This document shows, piece after piece, positions 31,304 to 32,000 of a stretch of 32,000 bases of DNA; position 1 is the stretch's first letter; each line of letters starts with the position of its first letter. Source of the stretch: Pseudothioglobus sp. nBUS_23 (GTDB lineage: Bacteria; Pseudomonadota; Gammaproteobacteria; PS1; Pseudothioglobaceae); assembly GCF_051201565.1 (NCBI RefSeq), contig NZ_CP179200.1:1-32000 (forward strand). The letters run 5' to 3'. The translations under genes were made by a program, and so were the position numbers. The notes beneath the pieces were generated by a model that saw only the letters and a program-made list of their open reading frames with translations, searched no databases and was not told where the DNA came from.

Positions 31304-32000
31304 TGAACAGCTATCCATCATTAACAGATCTTTTGGGTCTTTGTAAGCTTAAGGTTGTTTCGCTAATATTATTAACTGCTATAGTTGGAATGCTTTTGGC
31401 GGTGCCTTATTTGCCCAATCTGTTTATTGTTTGCCTAGCGTCTATAGGCATTTCATTAGCAGCAATGTCCGCTGCAGTTTTTAATCACGTTGTTGATGAA
31501 AAAATTGACATTCAAATGTCTAGAACAGATCGTCGTCCACTGCCACAAGGGAAGGTTACAAGGGGACAGGCCCTAGTTTGGGGCGCCTTTTTAGGCATCG
31601 TTGGCATCGCACTTTTGATAGTATTTGTTAATCTTTTGACTGCAATGCTAACCTTAATTTCGTTAATAGGGTATGCGGTTTTTTATACAATGTATTTGAA
31701 GAGGGCAACGCCTCAAAATATCGTTATCGGTGGTGCAGCTGGTGCAGCTCCACCAGTTTTAGGCTGGACAGCTGTTGCTGGATCTAATGGCATTGAGTAT
31801 GCACTCCTGCTTTTTTTGATTGTTTTTATTTGGACGCCACCACATTTTTGGGCTCTGGCGATTCATCGAAGCGAAGAATACAAAAAAGCAGAAATTCCCA
31901 TGCTGCCAGTGACGCATGGTCTAGAATTTACTAGAGTGCAGATCCTTTTGTATACGGTCCTTTTGTTTCTTGTAACTTTGCTGCCCTTTCTAACAGGAAT
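31303..32000 (+). CDS. ctaB: Protoheme IX farnesyltransferase (heme O synthase), 5' partial: runs off the window
   Basis: Not in the ORF track because no stop lies within the window. I translated by hand from the ATG at 31303: MNSYPSLTDLLGLCKLKVVSLILLTAIVGML...FNHVVDEKIDIQMSRTDRRPLPQG...NIVIGGAAGAAPPVLGW...WTPPHFWALAI. This has the UbiA-family NxxxDxxxD motif and the CyoE/CtaB signature, with no in-frame stop to 32000. Confidence 0.9.
   Translation, partial: MNSYPSLTDLLGLCKLKVVSLILLTAIVGMLLAVPYLPNLFIVCLASIGISLAAMSAAVFNHVVDEKIDIQMSRTDRRPLPQGKVTRGQALVWGAFLGIVGIALLIVFVNLLTAMLTLISLIGYAVFYTMYLKRATPQNIVIGGAAGAAPPVLGWTAVAGSNGIEYALLLFLIVFIWTPPHFWALAIHRSEEYKKAEIPMLPVTHGLEFTRVQILLYTVLLFLVTLLPFLTG

Overview
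This window is a very compact, AT-rich chromosomal core region. By my tally of inter-ORF gaps, about 1.1 kb of 32 kb is spacer, so it is about 96% coding. Spot counts of a few 60-nt lines gave roughly 33-43% G+C in coding DNA and about 25% in spacers.

It opens with the replication cluster dnaA-dnaN-recF-gyrB and continues through 30 protein-coding genes. The last one (ctaB/cyoE) runs off the right edge and is missing from the ORF track. The genes are:
- phosphoribulokinase
- leuS
- a class-1B-type pyrD
- bioD
- sspB-sspA downstream of petABC (cytochrome bc1)
- a DUF721/DciA-like gene divergent from secA
- pyrC
- a long minus-strand string: uppS-cdsA-dxr-M23 peptidase, then purC-DUF2797-aminotransferase-P-loop protein-metA-mutY-ribF
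- hisF
- a SCO-like CxxxC protein coupled to heme O synthase

All ORFs look intact. I found no rRNA, tRNA, CRISPR array, transposase, integrase or phage gene, no long repeats and no obvious compositional island.

The petABC-sspAB synteny, the uppS-cdsA-dxr order and the E. coli-like SecA, PyrC and SspA/B sequences indicate a gammaproteobacterium. Phosphoribulokinase plus bc1 plus heme O synthase in a streamlined low-GC genome suggests an aerobic or microaerobic autotroph. SUP05/Thioglobus-like is only a guess.

I do not see a convincing defence island, mobile element or clearly novel system. The region reads as housekeeping. The best candidate for undescribed biology is the translationally coupled cluster DUF2797 / aminotransferase / shikimate-kinase-like P-loop protein / long-form MetA (21148-25036). 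Its middle members have no assigned function.

All protein identifications rest on motifs and on orthologue sequences recalled from memory. No database search was possible.
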